Assembly: GCA_963799485.1 (NCBI GenBank)
Contig: CAWCXJ010000005.1
Coordinates: 170,480-234,479, forward strand
DNA from: an uncultured Trueperaceae bacterium
Lineage (GTDB): Bacteria > Deinococcota > Deinococci > Deinococcales > Trueperaceae
Direction of reading: 5' to 3'
Length of the DNA stretch: 64,000 bases
A model generated the notes under the pieces. The model ran no database searches and was not told the origin of the DNA. It saw only the letters and a list, made by a program, of their open reading frames with translations. The position numbers and the translations under genes were made by a program. This document shows, piece after piece, positions 49,639 to 58,437 of this stretch; position 1 is the stretch's first letter, and each line of letters opens with the position of its first letter.

Positions 49639-50774
49639 TGATGAGCGTGACGGCGCCTACCCCGGCAGCGACTTCAGTCGCTGCGGTCGAACTAAACGGT
49701 GTGAACAAAACCTATCTGGATTCACGTAGCGGCAACACCGTTCAGGCACTTAACGACGTGTCGCTGAGCATCCGCGAAGGCGAGTTTTTTGCGCTGCTGG
49801 GGCCGTCGGGCTGCGGTAAAACCACGACGCTCCGCTCGGTCGCAGGGTTCGAGCAACCCGATGCAGGAAAGATTTTGATTCGCGGACAAGCCGTTCAGGG
49901 GATTCCGCCGTTTCACCGGCCCGTCAATACGGTGTTTCAAGATTACGCGCTGTTTCCGCATATGAGCATCATGCAGAACGTGATGTTCGGGCTTAAGATG
50001 GCAAAGGTGCCGCGTAAAGAGGCGAAACGGCGGGCCTCGGAGGCGCTCGAGCTCGTTCAACTCCCGCACGTCGCGTCGCGTAAACCCTCACAGCTTTCGG
50101 GCGGGCAGCGGCAACGCGTCGCGCTCGCCCGGGCGCTCGTCAACGAACCGGCTGTTTTGCTCCTCGACGAACCGCTCGGGGCGCTCGACCTCAAACTCCG
50201 CAAGGCGATGCAGCTCGAGCTTAAAGAGTTGCAAACAAGGGTCGGTATCACCTTCGTATTCGTGACCCACGACCAGGAAGAAGCCCTGACGATGGCCGAC
50301 CGGATTGCGGTGATGGACGGCGGGCGCGTCTTGCAAATCGGCAAGCCCACTGAAATCTACGAACACCCCGCAGACCGCTTTGTTGCCGACTTTATCGGGG
50401 AGACGAACTTTCTCGAGGGGACGTTTGTAGGACGTGCGGCTGAGCTGGGCGAACTCAAACTCGCCGACGGACGGGTGTTGCGCGCGCCGCTTGACGGGCA
50501 CGACCTCGAGCCGGGTGAGTCGGCGACGCTTTCGGTGCGTCCCGAACGAATAATGTTGGTGGCCGGTCATACCGAACCGGAAGCCGAGCGAACCCGGCTT
50601 ACGGCTAAAGTTGCCGAGGTTCACTATCTCGGTACCGATACGCGTTATCACCTTATATCCGGCAGCACGTCGCTCATCGTGCGGCAGCAAAACGCCGAGG
50701 GTGGCGCGGTCTTTCGGGTCGGCGACGAGGTTACGGCGTCTTGGCGGACGACGGGCGCGTCGCTCGTCCGCTAA
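49638..50774 (+). CDS. potA: Spermidine/putrescine ABC transporter ATP-binding protein
   Basis: GPSGCGKT, RPVNTVFQDYALFPH, LSGGQ and DEPLGALDLKLR motifs; TOBE-like C-terminus. Confidence 0.92.
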   Translation: MMSVTAPTPAATSVAAVELNGVNKTYLDSRSGNTVQALNDVSLSIREGEFFALLGPSGCGKTTTLRSVAGFEQPDAGKILIRGQAVQGIPPFHRPVNTVFQDYALFPHMSIMQNVMFGLKMAKVPRKEAKRRASEALELVQLPHVASRKPSQLSGGQRQRVALARALVNEPAVLLLDEPLGALDLKLRKAMQLELKELQTRVGITFVFVTHDQEEALTMADRIAVMDGGRVLQIGKPTEIYEHPADRFVADFIGETNFLEGTFVGRAAELGELKLADGRVLRAPLDGHDLEPGESATLSVRPERIMLVAGHTEPEAERTRLTAKVAEVHYLGTDTRYHLISGSTSLIVRQQNAEGGAVFRVGDEVTASWRTTGASLVR

Positions 50775-50783
50775 ACTGGCGTT

Positions 50784-51889
50784 ATGACGCACTCAGTAAA
50801 GCAGGCTGGACGCCAAATCCGGGTTCTTAGCTCTCAGGCGTGCCTTTTGAAATGGGCTACGCCCACGGAGCCGCCTACAAAGACGCCATCCGCCACTTTG
50901 CCGAAGAGCGCGTGCGGCTAAGCGGCGACCCGCTCTGGACAGGCCGGACGCTCGCCCGTCCAGAAGTCTTGGTCCTCGCTGAAGCGTGCTTGGCTGAACA
51001 CGAACACTTTGCGCCCGAGTTGGTCGAAGAGCTGCGCGGGATGGCCTCAGCAACCGACTTGCCTCTAGCTGAACTCCTCATCGTCAACGGCTTTACCGAC
51101 TTTATCGACACGGTGCACAACGTCGGCCCTGGTAAAGTCAAGCCCGCCGCTCCGGTCGGCGCGGACAACTGCACCGCGTTTTTGGTGCCGGACAATCTTG
51201 CCCAGGGTCGTGGCTTTTTCGGTCAGACGTGGGACATGCACGACAGCGCGACGCCGCACGTTATCTTATTGCGCGGCAGACCCAAAGACGCGCCTGACTT
51301 TCTTTGTTTCACGACGGTCGGCTGTGTCGGGATGATTGGCCTGAACGAAGCTGGCGTCGCGGTCGGCATCAACAACCTGCTCGGCGCGGACGGTCAAATC
51401 GGGGTGACGTGGCCTTTTGTGGTGCGGAAGATGTTGCAGGCTGAAACCGCTGACGCTGCCCTAAAAATCCTGCAAAACGCGCGGCTTGCCGGAGCGCACA
51501 ACTACCTCATCATGGACGCTGCCGGAACCGGCTACAACGTCGAGGCGAGCGCCACCGTGCAGCATGTGACGCCATTAGGGGTTGAAGCCGTCGTTCACAC
51601 GAATCACTGTCTGATAGACGCCGTAAAACGCGCTGAACGCACTCGAGACGCCTTTTCACAAGGCTCATCCGAAGCGAGAGCGGCGCAGGCACAGACGTTA
51701 CTTAGCCGTAAAAATGTAACTGTAGAAGATTTGCAGGCACTCACCCGCGACAACACCATCTGTGTACGTTCGACCGAACCCAAACACATCGAGACGTGCG
51801 GCGCGGCGATTATGCGGCCCGCGACCGGCGACTTTTGGATGGCGTGGGGCCGTCCGGCGGAAAACCCGTATGAACATTTCCGCCTCTGA
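50784..51889 (+). CDS. C45-family autoproteolytic acyltransferase/hydrolase; apparent 1-nt frameshift near 50829
   Basis: NCTAF nucleophile, GQTWD, GLNEAG and HTNH motifs; ATG 50784 gives RQIRVL, which needs one extra base to join LSGVPFEMG. Confidence 0.82.
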
Positions 51890-52520
51890 GCTGATTTTAA
51901 CGACGCTTGGGGCCGAACACGCGGCGGGGCTCGAGCAGCTTCAAATCGCCTGCTTCCCAACCCTCGCCCCACATGAACGGATGCGCCAAGAGCACTTCCT
52001 GAGCCACGCCGCGCTCTTTCCTGAAGGCAATTTTGTCGTTCTGGACGGTGACAAGGTTGTCGGGCTCGGATCAGGGTTTTTGACCGACTTTGATTTTACG
52101 GCGAAACACACCTTTTGGGAATGGATTTCAGAAGGCTTTTACACCCGTCACGACCCGAACGGCGCGTGGTACTACGGCGGCGACATCAGCGTGCACCCGG
52201 ACTACCGGGGTCTTGGGCTCGGGCGCAAACTTTACGGCGCCCGTAAAAGCGTCGTTCGGCAGTTGGGACGGCGGGGCATCGTTGCGGGGGGGATGCTGCC
52301 GGGGTATGCGGCGCACAAGCCTATGAGCGTTCAGGATTATGTACAAAAAGTCGTTGACGGTGAGCTGTTTGACCCGACGCTCAGTTTTCAGCTTAAAAAC
52401 GGCTTTGAGGTGCGGGGGCTGCTGGAAAACTATCTGGATGATGAAGCTTCAGACGGGTGGGCGACGCTGATTGTTTGGGAGAATCCAGACGCACAAGCAT
52501 CTGACCAAACGACACGGTAG
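51870..52520 (+). CDS. GNAT family N-acetyltransferase
   Basis: VHPDYRGLGLGRKLY motif A; DPTLSFQLKNGF. Confidence 0.9.
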   Translation: MNISASELILTTLGAEHAAGLEQLQIACFPTLAPHERMRQEHFLSHAALFPEGNFVVLDGDKVVGLGSGFLTDFDFTAKHTFWEWISEGFYTRHDPNGAWYYGGDISVHPDYRGLGLGRKLYGARKSVVRQLGRRGIVAGGMLPGYAAHKPMSVQDYVQKVVDGELFDPTLSFQLKNGFEVRGLLENYLDDEASDGWATLIVWENPDAQASDQTTR

Positions 52521-52547
52521 GCTGGTTATAAGAGCTCAACGCGAATT

Positions 52548-52794
52548 TTACTCACTGTAGCTTGACAGCTTCTTCTCCAAAATTGAGCTATTTCGTTTCT
52601 GCATCTCTTTAACGAAAGCTTCACACTCACGAATACTGTTATCAACCTCAGCCTGACGGTCAAAGTAATAACTCAAAGCTGCGTAAATGTCTGCTAATGA
52701 CAAATCGAAAGAGTTCGGGTCATGAAGTCGCGTTCAAAATCAGTTAGATAAATGCCCATATTGACGTAGACTCCTTTATAGATAGTGTCATCAT
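52548..52794 (-). pseudogene. DUF433-family antitoxin remnant (low GC)
   Basis: Minus-strand frame FDLSLADIYAALSYYFDRQAEVDNSIRECEAFVKEMQK...*; start MTLSIKE retained, middle disrupted. Confidence 0.65.
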
Positions 52795-52884
52795 GTTCTA
52801 TTCAAAGCTCTATAACGCAACTCTTTTGCTGTCCCCAACCTTACGCTTTTTCTGCAGCAACAATTTCTACGTTTAAGGCTATCC

Positions 52885-53775
52885 TTACTCCCCCCGCCGC
52901 TGCATGACGAGTGACACCCCGACGAGCACAATTGACACCAAAATCATCAGCGCCGACACCGCATTGATCTCCGGTGGCACGCGCTGTTTTAGCAGCCCGT
53001 AAACAAAGAGCGGCAAGGTTGTTGTCCCAACGCCCGCCGTAAAAAACGTCACCACGAAGTCGTCTAAAGAGATTGTAAAGGCCAAGAGTGCGCCGCCCAA
53101 AATGCCCGGTACGAGCGCTGGAAAGGTGATGTGCCAGAACGTTTGCAGGTGATTTGCGCCGAGGTCTCGAGCGGCTTCCTCGAGCGTCGTGTCCATCGTC
53201 GCGAGCCGCGCCCGCACCACCACGGCGACGTAGGCGATATTAAACGCGATATGCGCGATGATGATGGTCGCGAAGCCGCTCACGAGCCTTACCCCGAAGA
53301 TGTTCTGCACGAGCGCGAAAAACGAGTTGAAAAAGACTGCCAGCGCGACGCCCTGCGTGATGTCGGGGATAATCACCGGCAGGTAAAAAAGGGCGTCGAA
53401 CACCCGTTTTCCGGGAAAGTCGCCTCTGTCCACGGCGAGTGCGAAAAGCGTCCCGATAACTGTAGACGCAACCGTAGAAATCAACCCGACGACGAGCGAA
53501 TTACGTACCGCGCTTAAGAGCAGTTCAGACTGAAAGCTGAGCCCGTTTGCGCCGCCCAGCAGGTTTTGATACCAGCGTAGGGTAAACCCGCGCCACACCG
53601 AAATCGACTCGGCGTTGTTAAACGAATAGATGATCAGCACCAGAATCGGTATCCAGAGAAACACATAGGTCAGAATCGGCACCAGCCAGAGACCGGCCCG
53701 CCCCAACCGGCGAACGGTGAGGTCGCGGCTCAGTTTGCCCTGATTAAGCCTGTGTGCTTTGGCTGTTTTGGTCAT
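52885..53775 (-). CDS. potC: Polyamine ABC permease (copy 1)
   Basis: YSFN, LEEAARDLGA, SLDDF and PEINA motifs. Confidence 0.9.
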   Translation of the reverse strand: MTKTAKAHRLNQGKLSRDLTVRRLGRAGLWLVPILTYVFLWIPILVLIIYSFNNAESISVWRGFTLRWYQNLLGGANGLSFQSELLLSAVRNSLVVGLISTVASTVIGTLFALAVDRGDFPGKRVFDALFYLPVIIPDITQGVALAVFFNSFFALVQNIFGVRLVSGFATIIIAHIAFNIAYVAVVVRARLATMDTTLEEAARDLGANHLQTFWHITFPALVPGILGGALLAFTISLDDFVVTFFTAGVGTTTLPLFVYGLLKQRVPPEINAVSALMILVSIVLVGVSLVMQRRGE

Positions 53776-53776
53776 A

Positions 53777-54631
53777 CTACTCGCGCCGCTCGCCGTAACG
53801 CGTATAGACGACAAGCCCGACCATGACGATCAGCATCAGCACCACTGAAATCGCCGAACCGAGCGGGATGTTGCCGCGTCCGCGAAACTGGCCTTGAATC
53901 AGGTTGCCGATCATCAGGCCGCGCGTCCCGCCCAACAGGTCAGGCGTAATAAACGAGCCGATTGCGGGGATAAACACAAGTACCGAACCCGCGACGATAC
54001 CGGGCAAGGTGAGCGGCACGATGATGCGCCAAAACGCCTGGAAATCGTTTGCGCCCAGGTCACCGGCAGCCTCGACAAAGCGGAAGTCGAGCCGTTCGGT
54101 GGCGGCGTAGATCGGCAAGACCATAAAGGGGACAAAGCCGTAAACAAGACCCAGCATCACCGCAAACTGCGTATTGAGCATCGTTAGAGGCTCCTGAATG
54201 ACGCCGAAATTGAGCAAAAGGGCATTGAGTGAGCCTTCGCGTCCCATAATGGTTTGCAGCGCGTAGGTGCGGACTAAGAAGTTTGTCCAGAAAGGTAGCA
54301 AAATCAAAAAAAGCAAAAACTGCCGGGTGCGCGGGTTGGGGCGGGTGCTGATAAAAAAGGCGACGGGGAAACCGAGCAAGAGGCAAATCAGGGTTGTTAG
54401 GAGGGAAAAATAGAGCGTTCGCCAGATGACCGGCCAGAACACATCGAAGGTGCGAGTGTAGTTCTCTAAAGTTGCGGGGGCGGTAGGAGTACCGTCTAAG
54501 CCGCGAGTAAAAAAGCTCGAGACCAGCACAAAAATGAGCGGCACCAGGAAAAAAACAATCAGCCAGAAAAGTCCGGGAAAGGCGAGCAGGAGGCTGGGGC
54601 CGCGTCCGGTCTTGTTCGTTCTAGAAGCCAA
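53777..54631 (-). CDS. potB: Polyamine ABC permease (copy 1)
   Basis: LPFWTNFLVRTYA, PFMVLPIY and EAAGDLGA motifs. Confidence 0.9.
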   Translation of the reverse strand: MASRTNKTGRGPSLLLAFPGLFWLIVFFLVPLIFVLVSSFFTRGLDGTPTAPATLENYTRTFDVFWPVIWRTLYFSLLTTLICLLLGFPVAFFISTRPNPRTRQFLLFLILLPFWTNFLVRTYALQTIMGREGSLNALLLNFGVIQEPLTMLNTQFAVMLGLVYGFVPFMVLPIYAATERLDFRFVEAAGDLGANDFQAFWRIIVPLTLPGIVAGSVLVFIPAIGSFITPDLLGGTRGLMIGNLIQGQFRGRGNIPLGSAISVVLMLIVMVGLVVYTRYGERRE

Positions 54632-54672
54632 GCGTCTCTCCCCTCAACGCCGGAGCGTTGCGTCAGCATACC

Positions 54673-54686
54673 TCAAATGCATTTGA
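54673..54686. promoter_or_regulatory. Perfect 14-bp palindrome next to the potB -10 box (also at 60224-60237)
   Basis: TCAAATGCATTTGA directly upstream of minus-strand TATGCT (54665-54670). Confidence 0.55.
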
Positions 54687-54806
54687 CAAAGGCTGAGCGG
54701 TGTGCGCGGAGGGTCGTGTCAATTTACTCCGCTTTCACACAATGATTGACCCCCGCTCAACTACAAGCGGGGGCTTTATGAATTGCGGGCTAATTCGCAC
54801 CTGATT

Positions 54807-55355
54807 TTACCAAACGAAGTCTTTAACGATGGGAGCGTCGGCGTAGCAAATCATGCCAAACTCGTTTTCGCCCGCACAACCTAGAGACGCAGGGATTCCA
54901 TTTACTTCACCGTTTCTAACATCTACACCGTCAGGGTCGTTCCTGACTTTTGTGATGATAATGTCGGTGCCAGCTGCGCTTTTGAAAGTTTCTGATGTAC
55001 CAACGGGGCCACTGCGTAACGCCACGATGTCAACTTTTGCGTAGGTAAGCTGAGATTTGTAGAACTCTGCCAGCTTGGGGCTCTTGAGAAAAGCGTCTTC
55101 GGTAAGCCCCTGTTCCTTGACATAAGTTTTCAAGTTATCTTCGCCGGTCAGGAAAAGCGCGAGAGGGTAACTATCACGGCCCAAGTCGCTAACGATACCG
55201 GAGGCTTTGACCGCCCGAACTTCAAAATCTCCCTCCAGCCCTGGTTGGTTGATAGCTTCCTCTACAGAGTAGGGGATAGGGTCTGTAGTAGGTTCCGTGT
55301 TACAGGCAATCAGGATTACACTAAGAGCTAATAAGCTCAGTACTATCTTCTTCAC
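54807..55355 (-). CDS. Lipoprotein, possibly fasciclin (FAS1)-like (copy 1)
   Basis: Lipobox LIAC; GLTEDAFLKSPKLAEF..T.KS.AG..I.I...VNG resembles FAS1. Confidence 0.6.
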   Translation of the reverse strand: MKKIVLSLLALSVILIACNTEPTTDPIPYSVEEAINQPGLEGDFEVRAVKASGIVSDLGRDSYPLALFLTGEDNLKTYVKEQGLTEDAFLKSPKLAEFYKSQLTYAKVDIVALRSGPVGTSETFKSAAGTDIIITKVRNDPDGVDVRNGEVNGIPASLGCAGENEFGMICYADAPIVKDFVW

Positions 55356-55380
55356 AAGGGTTCTCCGTCCTCTCAATAGC

Positions 55381-56406
55381 CTAATATCGTGTGTTAATGG
55401 CTTGAATATCTCTAGCAGTCAGGGCGTTACCGCCTATAATCCCTCCGTAGCTACCTATCACGGTAAACATAGGCTCTTGCGTGCTTCTTACAAAATCCAG
55501 GTTGCTAGTCCTACTAGCGTAGTGCATGACTGAGGCGTAGTCGTAGGTTGTGCGAGATTCGTGCTCGAATTTCTTCTCAAACTGGGTTTTCCCTTTACTG
55601 GTCAGATTGCTCCAGTTCACAACGATGAAAGCATCCCTATCGGTTCGTTGATGCTCATGCATAAGACCCAGAGCATGTCCGAACTCGTGCAAGATAGTTC
55701 CTGGAGTTACGCAACCAGCACCTAGATTGAGGTTTTGCGGCTGCTTGCTACTACGACCGGGAACGGCGTAGCAACCGTCATTTCTGTTGGTAAGCATCAC
55801 GCGGTCGCCGGTCGTGCGGTATCCAACTTGGATATCAGTCAACCTGTCGAGGGTTGCCAGATTGTTCCTGATTAAAGTCTGTTGTGCAGGAGTGAAAATC
55901 CGAAGCGAAATCTGATCGACATAGAGAACACTACCGGGCCAGCCGCCACCCCGACGCTCACCACAGATAAAGAGAAAACTGCTCGCACAGTAAGGCTTAT
56001 ACATCGCACCCTGAGCTGAAAGAGCGTCAGAGCCCTGTGCTAGCTGAGCTTCGTAGGCGGCAAAATCTTTTTGAAGCTCCGTAGTAGTACCTTGAATCAC
56101 ATCAGCTTCAAAAACGATGCCGTTATAAACGGTGTAGGTGTACTCTTCACCGTTGCTGAAAGTGTGGGTGCGAATTTGAATCTTGTCCGGGCTCGTTACA
56201 GCTTGCGCTTGAACGCCCTTATCTAGAGCTTTGAGCGCTTCCGCAAGCGTGTCATACCGAGGGTCTTTGGAGAAATCTTCCTGTACCTCTACGGCCTCGA
56301 CGCCAGGCATGAACTGTTCGTTGACTCTAGTGTTTTCTGTTGTAGCAGCGGGAACATCAGCTGCGATATTACTGCAGCTTGCTAGAGAAAGACCCAACAG
56401 TGCCAC
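55381..56406 (-). CDS. Astacin-family (M12A) zinc metallopeptidase lipoprotein (copy 1); start uncertain
   Basis: Lipobox LASC; HEFGHALGLMHEHQRTDRD; Met-turn YDYASVMHY. Confidence 0.92.
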   Translation of the reverse strand: MALLGLSLASCSNIAADVPAATTENTRVNEQFMPGVEAVEVQEDFSKDPRYDTLAEALKALDKGVQAQAVTSPDKIQIRTHTFSNGEEYTYTVYNGIVFEADVIQGTTTELQKDFAAYEAQLAQGSDALSAQGAMYKPYCASSFLFICGERRGGGWPGSVLYVDQISLRIFTPAQQTLIRNNLATLDRLTDIQVGYRTTGDRVMLTNRNDGCYAVPGRSSKQPQNLNLGAGCVTPGTILHEFGHALGLMHEHQRTDRDAFIVVNWSNLTSKGKTQFEKKFEHESRTTYDYASVMHYASRTSNLDFVRSTQEPMFTVIGSYGGIIGGNALTARDIQAINTRY

Positions 56407-56597
56407 TAGCCACCTTACACCTGACTCTCATTTACCCGCCAGCTCTGAATTTGTCAATACACCTAGACCAGCTAGCGAGCAGAACCACAGAAAAACCGGT
56501 AGCGTCAAAGTGAACAACCGTAAAGAGAGAATAGCGTTCGGCCTTGTATTCGTAAGAGTCAGGTTTTCTACCGCTGCTTAACTGTGTTGAAGAGATG

Positions 56598-57290
56598 TTA
56601 AAGCTTGCGCCGCGCTTTGTCAATAACCTCATGAGCAGATGGTGAAGATGTTGTGAGCTGTTTAGCTGTACTTTGCCTCTGGGTGCGGAGTGCACCGATT
56701 AAAGGCCGCAGTGCGTCACTTTTGAGTTTGAGCGCGGCGCGGTTGACGACAAACCGGGCGGACGAAGTGAGGATGACCTCGAGTTCCTCCAACCCATTGG
56801 CCCGAAGCGTCCCGCCGGTCTCGACGATATCGACGACCGCATCGGCTAAGCCCGCCAGACACGCCAGCTCGACGTTTCCGGCCAGCTTGACGACCTCGGC
56901 GCTAAGCCCGCGTTCTTGCAAGTAGCGCCGGGTCGTGTGGGGATATTTCGAGGCAATCCGCCGCACCGGGCCACGCGCGCCTATGGGCCGAATCAGCGAC
57001 AAACGGCAGTGGGCGAACCCCAGATCGACGGGTTCGTAAACGCTCCTGCCGGACTCTAAGAGCACATCTTTCCCGACGACGCCTGCGTCCGCCACGCCCA
57101 AATCGACATACGTCGGCACATCGGTATTTCGCATCTCGATGATGCGCGCGCCGCCCGCGTCGTACTGCAAAGCGCGGGTTCCGGGCGGGTCTGAAAGCTC
57201 GAGTCCGGCAGCCCGCAAAAGCGTCAAGCTTTTTTGCATCACCCGACCTTTGGGCAGTGCCAGGGTGAGCTGAGCGCTCGGTTTAAGCAT
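56598..57290 (-). CDS. hisG: ATP phosphoribosyltransferase, short form (copy 1)
   Basis: LALPKGR, DVPTYV, GKDVL, ASKYP and DIVETG.TL motifs; no C-terminal regulatory domain. Confidence 0.93.
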   Translation of the reverse strand: MLKPSAQLTLALPKGRVMQKSLTLLRAAGLELSDPPGTRALQYDAGGARIIEMRNTDVPTYVDLGVADAGVVGKDVLLESGRSVYEPVDLGFAHCRLSLIRPIGARGPVRRIASKYPHTTRRYLQERGLSAEVVKLAGNVELACLAGLADAVVDIVETGGTLRANGLEELEVILTSSARFVVNRAALKLKSDALRPLIGALRTQRQSTAKQLTTSSPSAHEVIDKARRKL

Positions 57291-58029
57291 GGTCGTGAGG
57301 TGTTGCGTGAGCAGGTCAAACAAGTCGCACTTCTGCATCCCACTTATGGTTACAGATTCCTCCATCAAGAATTGCGTGCCCAGGGTGAGCAGGTAGGCTT
57401 ACACCGCGTCAGAGAACTGCTGGGAGAACTCGAGCTGAACCCGCCGCAGCCACGCAAGACGAGAAAGCCCACGGCGGCGGTTGCGACACCCGCTGATTGG
57501 CCCACTGGTCGTCGGCTACAAATTGACGCGACCCGCTTATCGCTGGCTGATGGCGTGTGTTGGGTCTATCACGTGCTGGACGTGCAGTCACGAGTAGTCC
57601 TGGCAAGCAAAGCAGTCCGGAGCCTGTCGATGCACCTGGCTAAAGCCGCGCTCGACGAAGGCGTCGCCGTGCTGCGCTCAATCGGCGTCTCCGGTACTGT
57701 CCTGATTCAAAGTGATGGTGGTTCGGACTTTACCAGTGAGGTGTTTCAAAACGCTTGCTCGTGCTATGGCGCGTGGGTCAGGTGCAAAGTCAGCCAGAGA
57801 GGGGGTACGGGAATCCTCGAAAGACTCAACCGAACCTACAAATACACCTTCCCCTTCAGGCACGACTGGAAATCGCTCGCTGAAGTACAAGCTGCCTTAC
57901 CTGACTTTCACCGCTGGTATAACCGCCACCGGCGACACTCGGCGCTGAACTACACTACCCCTTGGGCTGCACTGACTGGAGCAGCAAACCCTCGCTTAGC
58001 TGCTTGAAGGGATTGTTGGAGCAGTACCA
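57291..58029 (+). mobile_element. 5'-truncated IS3-family element (OrfB DDE transposase ending 58007) (copy 1)
   Basis: YGYR, QIDAT, QSDGGSDF, ERLNRTYK and YNR.RRHSAL.Y.TP motifs; right end ...ggagcagtacca; no left end or orfA. Confidence 0.85.
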
Positions 58030-58329
58030 CATGCCCTAATTTTACTGTTTTTTTGGAGTCTATCCCCTAGCACTCGAGGTTCTTAATTTCTCGTTCTCTG
58101 CCTCACTTAACTCGATATAGCTTCCTCCTCGCTTTGTCGTCCCTTGGTATTCGCCTTCAACCTACTTCCTTAGGTTGCGTGTACTTAGTCTCGACACCTT
58201 GCGTGCTGCCATTTCAGCTCGTTCCAGTTCCGCTAAAATTGGCCTCGATATTTGTCTGTAACTTTTGTTCTCGTAGTGAGCCCTCAGGTATTTAGAACCC
58301 GACTTTACAATTGCCCTCAGGGTCCGCTC

Positions 58330-58370
58330 TTGACGCCGACAAAAGAATCCGGGTATTCTATCTTTTGTCG
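58330..58370 (+). promoter_or_regulatory. tRNA promoter TTGACG-18-TATTCT with a 10-bp inverted repeat around the -10 (also at +5551)
   Basis: cgacaaaaga (58337) / tcttttgtcg (58361). Confidence 0.65.
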
Positions 58371-58376
58371 TATCGG

Positions 58377-58437
58377 GGGGCTTTAGCTCAGCTGGGAGAG
58401 CACCTGCTTTGCAAGCAGGGGGTCATCAGTTCAAATC
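58377..58437 (+). pseudogene. 3'-truncated tRNA-Ala(TGC) at the duplication junction
   Basis: Identical to the first 61 nt of the intact tRNA; stops after GTTCAAATC, so the T-stem and acceptor 3' strands are missing. Confidence 0.93.

Noticed and set aside
52717..52750. gggtcat...gttcaaaatcag as a second tRNA-like att site left of the duplication
   Set aside because: Short, gapped similarity in AT-rich DNA ~140 bp from the real boundary; compatible with chance.
57234..57368. True overlapping hisG/transposase genes
   Set aside because: Both extensions are chance open frames across a deletion junction.
58030..58320. Gene in the AT-rich spacer between the IS and tRNA
   Set aside because: Only short interrupted frames with no recognisable family.
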